Part shown: in pieces, positions 16,726 through 25,672 of the stretch
Numbering within the stretch: position 1 is the first letter of the stretch
Layout: the number at the start of each line of letters is the position of its first letter
Origin: Campylobacterales bacterium
GTDB taxonomy: Bacteria > Campylobacterota > Campylobacteria > Campylobacterales > Arcobacteraceae
Direction of reading: 5' to 3'
Length of the DNA: 64,000 nt
Assembly: GCA_038248665.1 (NCBI GenBank)
Contig: JBBRXF010000001.1
Coordinates: forward strand, 91,083-155,082
Position numbers and translations under genes: made by a program
Notes under the pieces: model-generated
What the model was told of the DNA's origin: nothing
Seen by the model: only the letters and a program-made list of their open reading frames with translations
Databases searched by the model: none

Positions 16726-17939
16726 GCAGATACTGTTTTTGGAGGAAGTTTAGAGATAAACTCTTCAATTGAGTTGGCAACTCTTTTAGAGAATGCAACC
16801 GCTTCTACAACAGTTCGGGCACCTGTTACCACATCCCCTGAAGCAAATACACCACGTCTAGCTGTTATTCCATTTTCATCACTTTGTAGTAGTCCATTTT
16901 CACCTAAAGATAAACCAGTATTATTTCTTACGATTAAATCCCTTGCTGTTTGACTAATTGCAATTAAAATAGAATCAGCTTCTTCAAAATTTTCTCTATT
17001 TATCTCTTGATTTGTAGTCATATATCTAATACCTTTTTCTGTTAGTTCTAAAGGTAATTTGTGAAGATTGAATTTTACACCGTCTATTTTTGCATGATCA
17101 ATTTCCATTTTTTCTGCATGCATATCCTCTTCACCTTTTCTATACATGATAGATACGTCATTTGCACCATTTCTAATAACAGTTCTTGCCACATCCATAG
17201 CTACATTTCCAGCACCAATTACAACAACTTTTTTACCTAAATCATAAGCTTTTGGAGTTTTTAGATAATCAATAGCAAAGTGAACATTTCCTAAACTTTC
17301 ACCTTTAATTCCTAGTTTTTTAGGAGCCCAAACACCAGTTCCTATAAATATAGCATCAAAGCCATCCCTTTGTAAATCATCAAGAGTGATGTTTTTCCCT
17401 ATCATGATATTTTTTCTAATTTTTACACCAATTTTTTTTAGAGTCTCTTCAACTTTATCTAAAATAGTTTTATCAAGTCTGAAATCAGGAATACCATATC
17501 TAAGAACTCCACCGATTTGGTTGTTTCCTTCATACATAGTTATGTTATAACCTTTTAATGCCATCATCATTGCTAAACTAATTCCAGCAGGTCCTGAACC
17601 AATTATTGCTATGTTTCTGCCATTTTGTACAGGTTTTTCAAACTCTCGATAATTCATATAATAAGTTGAGATATAGTTTTCTATTCCACCAACATTTACA
17701 GGAGTTGATTTTTTATTTAATACACAATGCCCCTCACAGTGCTTTTCATGGGGACAAACTAAAGAACAAATAATTGATAAGGGATTGTTATTAAATAGTT
17801 TTTCACCTGCTAATTTTATATCACCATTTAAAAAAAGTCTAATAATTTCTGCAATTGGAGTACCTACTGGACACCCAGTTTGACATTTTGGTTTTTTACA
17901 ATCTAAACAAGTTTGAGCTGAATTTATAATGTGTTGCAT
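16722..17939 (-). CDS. GltD-like NAD(P)H oxidoreductase with an N-terminal Fe-S domain
   Basis: 405 aa. It has N-terminal Cys clusters (CLDCKKPKCQTGCP, CPHEKHCEGHC) and two Rossmann motifs, GSGPAGIS and GAGNVAMD. This is the glutamate synthase small-subunit architecture. Confidence 0.85.
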   Translation of the reverse strand: MQHIINSAQTCLDCKKPKCQTGCPVGTPIAEIIRLFLNGDIKLAGEKLFNNNPLSIICSLVCPHEKHCEGHCVLNKKSTPVNVGGIENYISTYYMNYREFEKPVQNGRNIAIIGSGPAGISLAMMMALKGYNITMYEGNNQIGGVLRYGIPDFRLDKTILDKVEETLKKIGVKIRKNIMIGKNITLDDLQRDGFDAIFIGTGVWAPKKLGIKGESLGNVHFAIDYLKTPKAYDLGKKVVVIGAGNVAMDVARTVIRNGANDVSIMYRKGEEDMHAEKMEIDHAKIDGVKFNLHKLPLELTEKGIRYMTTNQEINRENFEEADSILIAISQTARDLIVRNNTGLSLGENGLLQSDENGITARRGVFASGDVVTGARTVVEAVAFSKRVANSIEEFISKLPPKTVSA

Positions 17940-18086
17940 CTTCCCTCTTTTGTAATTAATGAATAATTATAACAAATTAATTAAATTATTAAATTAATTT
18001 CTTTAAATAAGCAAATATTCTGGTTATTCTATTAAGTAATTATGTATAATGTCGAACTTTAAATAATTGTTCAAAAAAGGATAATA

Positions 18087-19094
18087 ATGTCTCTTGTTAA
18101 GAAGGTGCTGTTTTTAATAATTTTATTTCTTGGGTTTATAATCTATTCTGTATACGATTTTAATTATGATTCACAAACAAATAGTCAAAATCTTGTTTCT
18201 AATATTAATGAAATAAAAGATAATGACACTGGATTAATCGATAAAATTATCAATATGTTCCCTTCTTTAGATGATAAAGAGACAAAACCATTTAGTCTTG
18301 TATTGACAAAAAAAGATGGTATGGTTATTATGGATGGTATATTTGCCAATGAAAAAGATACTAAAAAAGTTTCTGAGATTTTAAATATTAATCGAGATGG
18401 TGAATATACTTATGAAGAAAATGTAATTATTGATGAAGTTTTATTATCAAAAATTGCAACTGTAATTGCATCTTTTAAAGATTTCTTTGAAGATGGTGCA
18501 AAGCTTTCAATAATGAATGAGGAAGTTTTTTTATCTGGTGTATTAAAAGATCCAAATCAATACTCTTTATTAGATTCTATTCTTTCAAGAATTGATGTTA
18601 GCATGGTTAAAGAGATTAGTATTGCAAATCCTACACTTATTAATAATGAAAATGACCAAGAAACAGCTACAAATTCACTTTTTACTGTTGCTCAAACAAA
18701 TAATCAAGCAAAAGTTGCTTTAACTCCTAATGAGATTCAATTACAAATTAACGAAATTTTAACTGAGAAAAAGATTGCTTTTGAAAGAAGAAGTTCAACT
18801 GTTACTGAGGATTCAAAAATTACAATTGTTAAAATAGCAGATATTTTAAAAGAGCATAAAAATATAAAACTTGAAATTGCTGGACATACAGATTCAAGAG
18901 GTGAAAATGCTTTAAATAAAAAGATTTCACAAGATAGAGCAAATAGTGTTAAAGATATTTTAACCTCTTTAGGTATAAATGCAGATAGATTAAAAGCTGT
19001 TGGATATGGTGAAGAGTTTCCAATTGCTAAAGATGATGAAAATGGTTTATCAGAGATAAACAGAAGAGTAGATTTTAATATTCTAGGAGAATAA
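18087..19094 (+). CDS. OmpA/MotB-domain membrane protein
   Basis: It has an N-terminal TM helix and a C-terminal GHTDSRGENALNKKISQDRANSV...RRVDF peptidoglycan-binding OmpA_C motif. Confidence 0.8.
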   Translation: MSLVKKVLFLIILFLGFIIYSVYDFNYDSQTNSQNLVSNINEIKDNDTGLIDKIINMFPSLDDKETKPFSLVLTKKDGMVIMDGIFANEKDTKKVSEILNINRDGEYTYEENVIIDEVLLSKIATVIASFKDFFEDGAKLSIMNEEVFLSGVLKDPNQYSLLDSILSRIDVSMVKEISIANPTLINNENDQETATNSLFTVAQTNNQAKVALTPNEIQLQINEILTEKKIAFERRSSTVTEDSKITIVKIADILKEHKNIKLEIAGHTDSRGENALNKKISQDRANSVKDILTSLGINADRLKAVGYGEEFPIAKDDENGLSEINRRVDFNILGE

Positions 19095-19098
19095 GTTC

Positions 19099-19584
19099 AT
19101 GTTAGAAATAGCTTCATTAATAGTAGTAAATTTAGTAATAGCGGGATTCATTGGTTTCCTGATTGGTTTTATTATAGGGCGAAATAGTTTTCCTAAAATT
19201 AAATCTATAGGAAATGATAGTAAATCGGATGATTTAAGAAGTGAAAGGATGAAACACTCTTTAAATCCTATCTTTAAAAAGAACTCAACTTTAGATTTTA
19301 AACCATTAATTTTATCTACTCCAAAACCAACTGGGAAAGATAATTTAACAAAAATCAAAGGTATTAACACAAAAATTGAAACAGATTTAAATAATCTAGG
19401 GATTTACCATTTTGAACAAATCTCAAAATGGTCTAATAAAAACTCTGAATGGATTGAAGAGTTTTTATTACTTCCTGGAATTGCTAGAAGTTACCAATGG
19501 GTTGAACAAGCAAAAATCTTACACTCTGGTAAAGACACTGCTTATAGTTTACAAGTTGAAAATGGAGAGGTTGAAGTAGATTAA
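19099..19584 (+). CDS. Membrane-anchored protein with a helix-hairpin-helix-like C-terminal domain
   Basis: It has an N-terminal TM helix. The DNLTKIKGINTKIETDLNNLGIYHFEQISKWS motif resembles the HhH module found at the C-termini of some NuoE-like proteins. Confidence 0.55.
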   Translation: MLEIASLIVVNLVIAGFIGFLIGFIIGRNSFPKIKSIGNDSKSDDLRSERMKHSLNPIFKKNSTLDFKPLILSTPKPTGKDNLTKIKGINTKIETDLNNLGIYHFEQISKWSNKNSEWIEEFLLLPGIARSYQWVEQAKILHSGKDTAYSLQVENGEVEVD

Positions 19585-19591
19585 AATTAAT

Positions 19592-20578
19592 CTACTCCTT
19601 TATTTTTACTACATATCTTCCAACAGCTTTTCCTGAAAGCAAATGCTCATAAGCTGTTTTTATTTCATCTAATGTGATTTCATTTATAATAGTATTTAAA
19701 CTATTTATTTTCCATCTACTTGCAAGTTTTTCCCAAGCAGCTTGTTTTTTCTCTAATTTACATTCAACTGAGTCAATTCCAATTAATCTTACACCTCTTA
19801 AAATAAACGGAAATACATTTGTATTTAATTCTGATGATGATGTTAAACCACAACAAGTAACAACACCATCATATTTAACCTCTTTTAGAGCATTTGCAAG
19901 TATTTTTCCACCAACTGTATCAATAACACCTGCATATTTCTCACTTAACATAGGTTTATTTGATTGTTCTTCAAATTCTTCTCTTAAGATTACCTCTTTT
20001 GCACCAATTTTTTTAAGAAAATCAACTCTTTCACTTTTTCCAGAAATGGCAATTATGTTGTATCCTAGTTTGCTTAATATTGCAATTGCAATTGAACCAA
20101 CACCACCAGTTGCTCCAGTTACTAAAATATCTCCACTTTCAGGTTTTATTCCATTTTCTATTAATTCATTTACACTTAAAGCTGCTGTTAATCCAGCTGT
20201 TCCAAAAGTCATAATCTCTTTATCTGAAATTGAATCGGGAATTCGGGCAACCCAAGCAGCTGGAACTTTTACGAATTGAGCATGTCCACCATTTGTATTC
20301 ATTCCCATATCATAACCAGTTACTAAAACTCTTTCTCCTATTTTAAAAATAGGTGATGTTGACTCAAAAACTGTACCTGATACATCAATACCAGTTACAT
20401 GAGGGAATGTTCTAGTAACTCCAGGATTCCCAATAGAGCTAAGAGCATCTTTATAATTTAGTGAAGAGTATGTCACTTTTATAACAACTTCTTTTTCTTC
20501 GCATTTTGGTATGCATATATCTTGTATTCCAGATGTAAACTCTTTATCTGCTATTTTCTCAACTACAAAAGCTTTCAT
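19592..20578 (-). CDS. YhdH/YhfP-type MDR quinone oxidoreductase (acrylyl-CoA reductase-like)
   Basis: 328 aa. It has the medium-chain dehydrogenase fold, the nucleotide motif VTGATGGVGS, and a YhdH-like N-terminus. Confidence 0.85.
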   Translation of the reverse strand: MKAFVVEKIADKEFTSGIQDICIPKCEEKEVVIKVTYSSLNYKDALSSIGNPGVTRTFPHVTGIDVSGTVFESTSPIFKIGERVLVTGYDMGMNTNGGHAQFVKVPAAWVARIPDSISDKEIMTFGTAGLTAALSVNELIENGIKPESGDILVTGATGGVGSIAIAILSKLGYNIIAISGKSERVDFLKKIGAKEVILREEFEEQSNKPMLSEKYAGVIDTVGGKILANALKEVKYDGVVTCCGLTSSSELNTNVFPFILRGVRLIGIDSVECKLEKKQAAWEKLASRWKINSLNTIINEITLDEIKTAYEHLLSGKAVGRYVVKIKE

Positions 20579-20646
20579 CTTTATCCTTAATTATTTACTT
20601 ATGTTAAAACTTTAGCTAAAATATTACAAAAGTGCAAGAACTAACT

Positions 20647-20669
20647 TTTAAGATAGGTACTATCTAAAA
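20647..20669. promoter_or_regulatory. Candidate HxlR-type operator (inverted repeat)
   Basis: AGATAG-GTA-CTATCT is a perfect 6-bp palindrome extended by T/A flanks. It lies 20-40 nt upstream of the hxlR-like ATG, in the divergent promoter region. Confidence 0.35.
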
Positions 20670-20688
20670 GTATACTATAGGAATTATT

Positions 20689-21039
20689 ATGACTAAAGAA
20701 GTTGAAATTAATTATGATGAGAGTATTGATAAATGCGCCGTTGAGACAGCTATTGACGTATTAGCAGGGAAATGGAAGATTCTAATTTTATGGTATTTAA
20801 AAGATGAAAAGAAAAGATTTAATGAACTTCAAAAATTACTTCCCCGTGCAACCCAAAAGATGTTAATACAAAAACTAAGAGAATTAGAAAATGATGGTTT
20901 AGTTTTTAGGAAAGTTTATCCGATAGTTCCACCAAAAGTTGAATATTCTCTTACTGAATATGGAAAAACTCTAAAGCCAATTTTAAAACAACTTTATATT
21001 TGGGGCGATATTCATAAAAAATCTTTTCCTAATAAGTAG
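20689..21039 (+). CDS. HxlR-family transcriptional regulator
   Basis: 116 aa. The CAVETAIDVLAGKWKILILWYL...RFNEL...VPPKVEYSLTEYG sequence is the canonical HxlR winged-helix. Confidence 0.85.
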   Translation: MTKEVEINYDESIDKCAVETAIDVLAGKWKILILWYLKDEKKRFNELQKLLPRATQKMLIQKLRELENDGLVFRKVYPIVPPKVEYSLTEYGKTLKPILKQLYIWGDIHKKSFPNK

Positions 21040-21724
21040 ATTTTTTACTTAAATAGAAATAGATTATTAAACTAATTCCTGCACTTGATAATATTGTAGA
21101 CATAATCACAATTTGGTATCTAACTGCAATTAATGGGTCTACCCCTGAGAGAATTTGTCCTGTCATCATTCCAGGAAGTGAAACTAATCCCACAGCTAAT
21201 AAAGAGTTTATTTGAGGAATTAGAGCTGATTTAAATGCTATTTTTCTTGCATTTTCAAAAGATTCATTTCGTTCTAACTCTTTTTCAAATCTTTCAATTG
21301 CTAAAGATATTACATTCATTGAATTAGCAAGTATCATCCCAGCTATTGGGATTACGTATCTTGGTTCATAAAAAGTATCAAAATCTAATATAAAATTTAT
21401 AATCAAAACAAGATGTAAAATTGATGATAAACCCAACGATAATACAATTTTATAAAAGTGATTAAATGATTTATTATGCGTATTTCTAAGACTTATCCAT
21501 GTTGAAATCAAAAGCATAAAAGATAATATTACAATTCCTAAATATAAATCTTTATTTTCAAAAATATATATAAGTACATAACCTACTAATAAAAGTTGAA
21601 TTATCATTCTTATTGTTGAATAAACTATCTCACTTTTATTGTCTGCCCATTTATAATAGTAATAGGTCACAACTAACAATGGAATTAGTGAATATAATAA
21701 ATTTATTAAAGGTATATTTTGCAT
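21029..21724 (-). CDS. UPF0014/YbbM (FetB-like) ABC-type permease
   Basis: 231-aa polytopic membrane protein with a YbbM/FetB-like layout. No cognate ATPase gene is adjacent. Confidence 0.6.
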   Translation of the reverse strand: MQNIPLINLLYSLIPLLVVTYYYYKWADNKSEIVYSTIRMIIQLLLVGYVLIYIFENKDLYLGIVILSFMLLISTWISLRNTHNKSFNHFYKIVLSLGLSSILHLVLIINFILDFDTFYEPRYVIPIAGMILANSMNVISLAIERFEKELERNESFENARKIAFKSALIPQINSLLAVGLVSLPGMMTGQILSGVDPLIAVRYQIVIMSTILSSAGISLIIYFYLSKKSTY

Positions 21725-21748
21725 GAAAAATTCTATCTAAATAAATAG

Positions 21749-22429
21749 CTAATTTAATTTAAAATCAATAGGCACTTCAAAATCTAAATACTCTTTGTTA
21801 ACAATCTTGTTATCGTAAGGTTCAAAGTGTTTAGTATCATATAAAGCATTTAAAGCTGCCTTATCAAGTCTTTCTTTATCACTTGATACAAGAAGTTTAA
21901 TTTCACTAAAAATGCCGTTTTGAAGTACTCTAAAGCTTACAATTACTTTACCCTCTTCTTTTAATTTTTTTGATATTGTTGGATAAGTTTTATTTTTGTT
22001 TATCTCTTCTCTTAATCTATTTCTATATTGATTCATATATTCTTGATTATTTACTTTTTCTTCTTGAGACACACTGTGAGTTGTTGATGGTTTAGCTTCT
22101 TGAGTAGATATATTTTGAGATTGAATCTCCTCTTTTATCTCAGCTTTTTCTTCTTTTGTAATTTCTAAAGCTTTAGTTATTGTGGGCGTAAATGTTTTTT
22201 TAGGAAGCTCTTTTTTTACAATCTCTTTTTTTTGTTCAATTTTGGGTTCAACTACTTTTTCTTGAGTCACTTCTTTTTTTATTTCAGTCACTTTTGAGAG
22301 TTGAAGTTTTAGACTATTGTTTTGGATTTGTTTAGTAGATTCAATTTTAGTAGTTTTGAAAAAGTTAATTATAGATAGATGTAATAATAGGATTAAAATA
22401 AAACTGATTGTAATTATAAATCTATTCAT
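21749..22429 (-). CDS. TonB-family energy transducer
   Basis: It has an N-terminal TM anchor, a Lys/Glu/Pro-rich spacer, and a C-terminal TonB_C-like YPTISKKLKEEGKVIVSFRV. Confidence 0.7.
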   Translation of the reverse strand: MNRFIITISFILILLLHLSIINFFKTTKIESTKQIQNNSLKLQLSKVTEIKKEVTQEKVVEPKIEQKKEIVKKELPKKTFTPTITKALEITKEEKAEIKEEIQSQNISTQEAKPSTTHSVSQEEKVNNQEYMNQYRNRLREEINKNKTYPTISKKLKEEGKVIVSFRVLQNGIFSEIKLLVSSDKERLDKAALNALYDTKHFEPYDNKIVNKEYLDFEVPIDFKLN

Positions 22430-22439
22430 TAGTTTATAA

Positions 22440-23336
22440 TTAGTTTTTTAATAAATCTTTTAAACTATCTTTCGGATTTTTTCCATCTAATATAAGTTTT
22501 ACTTCATTGGCAATTGGTGTATAAATATTGTGATTATTTGAAAGATTATGCACAGCTTCTGCTGTTTTTATTCCTTCTGCAACTTCACCTAACTCTTTTA
22601 AAATTTCATCAAGATTTCTATTAGAAGCAAGTCCAAGTCCAACTCTATAATTTCTACTCATTGTAGAGTTTGCTGTTAAAAAAAGATCTCCTGCTCCACT
22701 TAAACCTAAAAAAGTTGATTTTTTAGCTCCAAAGTATTTACCAAATCTCTCCATCTCAACTAAACCTCTAGCAATTAATGAAGCTTGGGCATTTTTACCT
22801 AAATGTAATCCCTCACAAATTCCACTTGCAATTGCTAAAACATTTTTATAAGCTCCTGCAACTTCAGCACCTATTACATCAGAGCTATAATAAGTTTTAA
22901 TAAAATTTGGGAAAAAAGGAGAAAACTTTTCAAAAAGTTTTTTTGAATTAGAATTTATTACTAAAGCACATGGTAATCCTTGTTTAACTTCAGTTGCAAA
23001 TGATGGACCTGAAATAAATCCTATGTTTTTATTTGGAACATAATCAGCATAAATTTCATTTAAAAATTGCCCACTTGAAGCTTCAATTCCTTTTGAGGCC
23101 ACAAGAATTTTTTGCCCATTAAAAACAAAATTTTCTTTTAACCAAGACCGAATCTCTTGAGCTGGAATTGCAATAATTAAATATTTACACTCTAATGCAG
23201 TTTTTAAATCAACAAAGTTTTCAATATCTCTAGGAGTTCTAGAACTAATCAAACATTTTTGTTTTTGTGAAAGTGCAAAATGAAGAGCTTGTCCCCATTT
23301 CCCTGCACCAATAACTGCAATAGAGTTATTTTTCAT
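22440..23336 (-). CDS. gpsA: NAD(P)H-dependent glycerol-3-phosphate dehydrogenase
   Basis: It has IAVIGAGKWG Rossmann motif, SGPSFA, and the GpsA-type C-terminus. Confidence 0.9.
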   Translation of the reverse strand: MKNNSIAVIGAGKWGQALHFALSQKQKCLISSRTPRDIENFVDLKTALECKYLIIAIPAQEIRSWLKENFVFNGQKILVASKGIEASSGQFLNEIYADYVPNKNIGFISGPSFATEVKQGLPCALVINSNSKKLFEKFSPFFPNFIKTYYSSDVIGAEVAGAYKNVLAIASGICEGLHLGKNAQASLIARGLVEMERFGKYFGAKKSTFLGLSGAGDLFLTANSTMSRNYRVGLGLASNRNLDEILKELGEVAEGIKTAEAVHNLSNNHNIYTPIANEVKLILDGKNPKDSLKDLLKN

Positions 23337-24763
23337 TAAGATAATCTTTCTTTTAATAGGTCATTTACTTTTGCAGGATTTGCGCTACCTTTTGATTCTT
23401 TCATAGTTTGTCCTACAAAGAAACCAAATAGTTTGTCTTTACCTGATTTATATTCATTTACTTTATCTTGATTTGCTGCAAGAATTGAGTCAATGATTGC
23501 TAATAGTGCACCATCATCAGAGACTTGTTTAAGTCCTAGTCTTTCAATGGCTGCATCAACATCTGTTGACTCTTTTTCTATTAGGAAATCTAGTACTTCT
23601 TTTGCTGCTTTTCCTGAAATTGTATTATCTTCAATTCTTTTTACAATAGTTGCTAAAGTTTTTGCATCAATAATTGAATCTTCAAGAGAAGCACCCTCTT
23701 TTAATCTTGCAAGTAATTCAACAGTTAACCAAGTTGTAGCATTTTTTGCACTAATTCCCTCAGACATCATTTCATCAAAGTATTTAGCCATTTCTAAACT
23801 TGCAGTAATAACTGAAGCGTCATACTCTTTAAGTCCAAAATCTTTTACAAATCTCTCTTTTTTTTCATCTGGAAGTTCTGGAATTACTGAATATTTAGCA
23901 AGCATTTCATCTGTAATAATTACAGGTAAAAGATCTGGGTCTGGAAAATATCTGTAATCAGCAGCATCTTCTTTTCCTCTCATAGATCTTGTTTCACCAC
24001 TATTTGGATCAAAAAGTCTTGTTTCTTGAACAATCTCTTTTGAATGAACTCCATCTTCCCATGCTTCAATGTGTCTATTTACTTCATAAGCAATTGCTTT
24101 TTCAATAAATTTAAATGAGTTCATATTTTTGATTTCACATCTAGTATAAAGATTTGTATCACCTTTTGGTCTAATAGAAACATTTACGTCACATCTGAAA
24201 GACCCTTCTTGCATATTTGCATCACTGATTCCTAAATATCTTACAATTGAGTGTAGTTTTTTTAGGTATAAAAGAGCTTCTTCAGCACTTCTCATATCAG
24301 GTTCAGAAACGATTTCAAGTAGTGGAGTTCCTGCTCTATTTAAATCAACATGAGAAACACTTCCTGCATGGATATTTTTTCCAGCATCATTTTCTAAGTG
24401 AGCTCGTGTTACTCCAATAGTTTTTTGTCTACCATCTGGAAAATCAATTACTAATTCACCAAGTCCAACAACTGGAACTTCAAATTGAGAAATTTGATAA
24501 CCACTTGGTAAATCTGGATAGAAGTAGTTTTTTCTATTAAATACTGATTTTTGATTTATTTGTGCTTTTAGTGCAGTTCCAAGCATAATTGCTTTATGAA
24601 CTGCTTCTTTATTTAAAACAGGTAATGCTCCTGGCAATCCTAAACAAGTTGGACAAACATTTGTATTTGGTTCTTCTCCAAAACTTGTAGCACATGAGCA
24701 AAAAAGTTTACTATTTGTATTTAATTGTGTATGTACTTCTAGTCCTATGATAACTTCAAACAT
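23336..24763 (-). CDS. gatB: Asp/Glu-tRNA amidotransferase subunit B
   Basis: [16 protein letters not shown]...KLFC...[15 protein letters not shown] is the canonical GatB N-terminus. Confidence 0.97.
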   Translation of the reverse strand: MFEVIIGLEVHTQLNTNSKLFCSCATSFGEEPNTNVCPTCLGLPGALPVLNKEAVHKAIMLGTALKAQINQKSVFNRKNYFYPDLPSGYQISQFEVPVVGLGELVIDFPDGRQKTIGVTRAHLENDAGKNIHAGSVSHVDLNRAGTPLLEIVSEPDMRSAEEALLYLKKLHSIVRYLGISDANMQEGSFRCDVNVSIRPKGDTNLYTRCEIKNMNSFKFIEKAIAYEVNRHIEAWEDGVHSKEIVQETRLFDPNSGETRSMRGKEDAADYRYFPDPDLLPVIITDEMLAKYSVIPELPDEKKERFVKDFGLKEYDASVITASLEMAKYFDEMMSEGISAKNATTWLTVELLARLKEGASLEDSIIDAKTLATIVKRIEDNTISGKAAKEVLDFLIEKESTDVDAAIERLGLKQVSDDGALLAIIDSILAANQDKVNEYKSGKDKLFGFFVGQTMKESKGSANPAKVNDLLKERLS

Positions 24764-24772
24764 CTATTTCCT

Positions 24773-25597
24773 TTATTTAAGTATTTTTATATCAGCTATT
24801 AATTTTTGTTTTTCAAAATAATCTTTAAGATATTTTTTTTCTCTTGAGCTCATAATATCATTGAATATTTTTGGTTTAACTGTTTCAAATCCAAGTGTAC
24901 TTGTTCCTTCTTTTCTTACAATAAATAGAGCTATGAATTGTTTATTTGCTGTAAAAATAGGAGTAAAACTATTTGTTTTAGTTTCATTTAACATGAATTG
25001 CATTTGAGGTTGTAAGCTATCTGAACCTAATTTTAATGGAGTTTTAACTACATCATCAGCAATTACCATTGGATTATTTATAGCACCCATTAATGAAGCT
25101 TTGTTTTTAGAAGTATATTGATTTACTTCATAAAATTTTGAAGTTGAATATTTATCTTTATTTTTTTCATAATATAGTTCCATATCTTCTTGACTTGCAA
25201 TTGCCAATTGACCTTTTACTATTTTTTGAATTAGTTTTTGTCTAATTACAGCATCTTTTGCTTCATTTTCAAAAAGTTCATAGTTTCCATATTTTTGTTT
25301 TACAACAGATTTAAAAGTATATAAATCCATACCATTTGCACTAGCTAATTTTTCAATATAATCATTTATATCAAAAATATCAGCACTGATATTATTATCT
25401 CTTACAGCTTGTTCGTATAGAGCTTTATCAATTAATAAGCCAACAGCTTCATTTTTACCAAGTTTGTTCTCAACCATTGTTTTATTAATATCATAAATAG
25501 TGATTGGTTCATCATTTACAGTTAGAGCAAGACCATTTTCCACATCGGCTAATAATATTCCTGAACTCACAAGTAACGCTAAAAAAAGTTTGTACAT
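24773..25597 (-). CDS. SurA-N/PPIC-like periplasmic chaperone
   Basis: It has a signal peptide (MYKLFLALLVSSGILLA) and a SurA-like N-terminal domain. I moved the start to the ATG at 25597, which has an AAGGAA RBS. Confidence 0.65.
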   Translation of the reverse strand: MYKLFLALLVSSGILLADVENGLALTVNDEPITIYDINKTMVENKLGKNEAVGLLIDKALYEQAVRDNNISADIFDINDYIEKLASANGMDLYTFKSVVKQKYGNYELFENEAKDAVIRQKLIQKIVKGQLAIASQEDMELYYEKNKDKYSTSKFYEVNQYTSKNKASLMGAINNPMVIADDVVKTPLKLGSDSLQPQMQFMLNETKTNSFTPIFTANKQFIALFIVRKEGTSTLGFETVKPKIFNDIMSSREKKYLKDYFEKQKLIADIKILK

Positions 25598-25672
25598 AAT
25601 AATTCCTTTTTCATAAAGCAGATATTTTACCAAAAAAATGGTAAATATCTGTTTTGTTGAAAATAAAGATTA

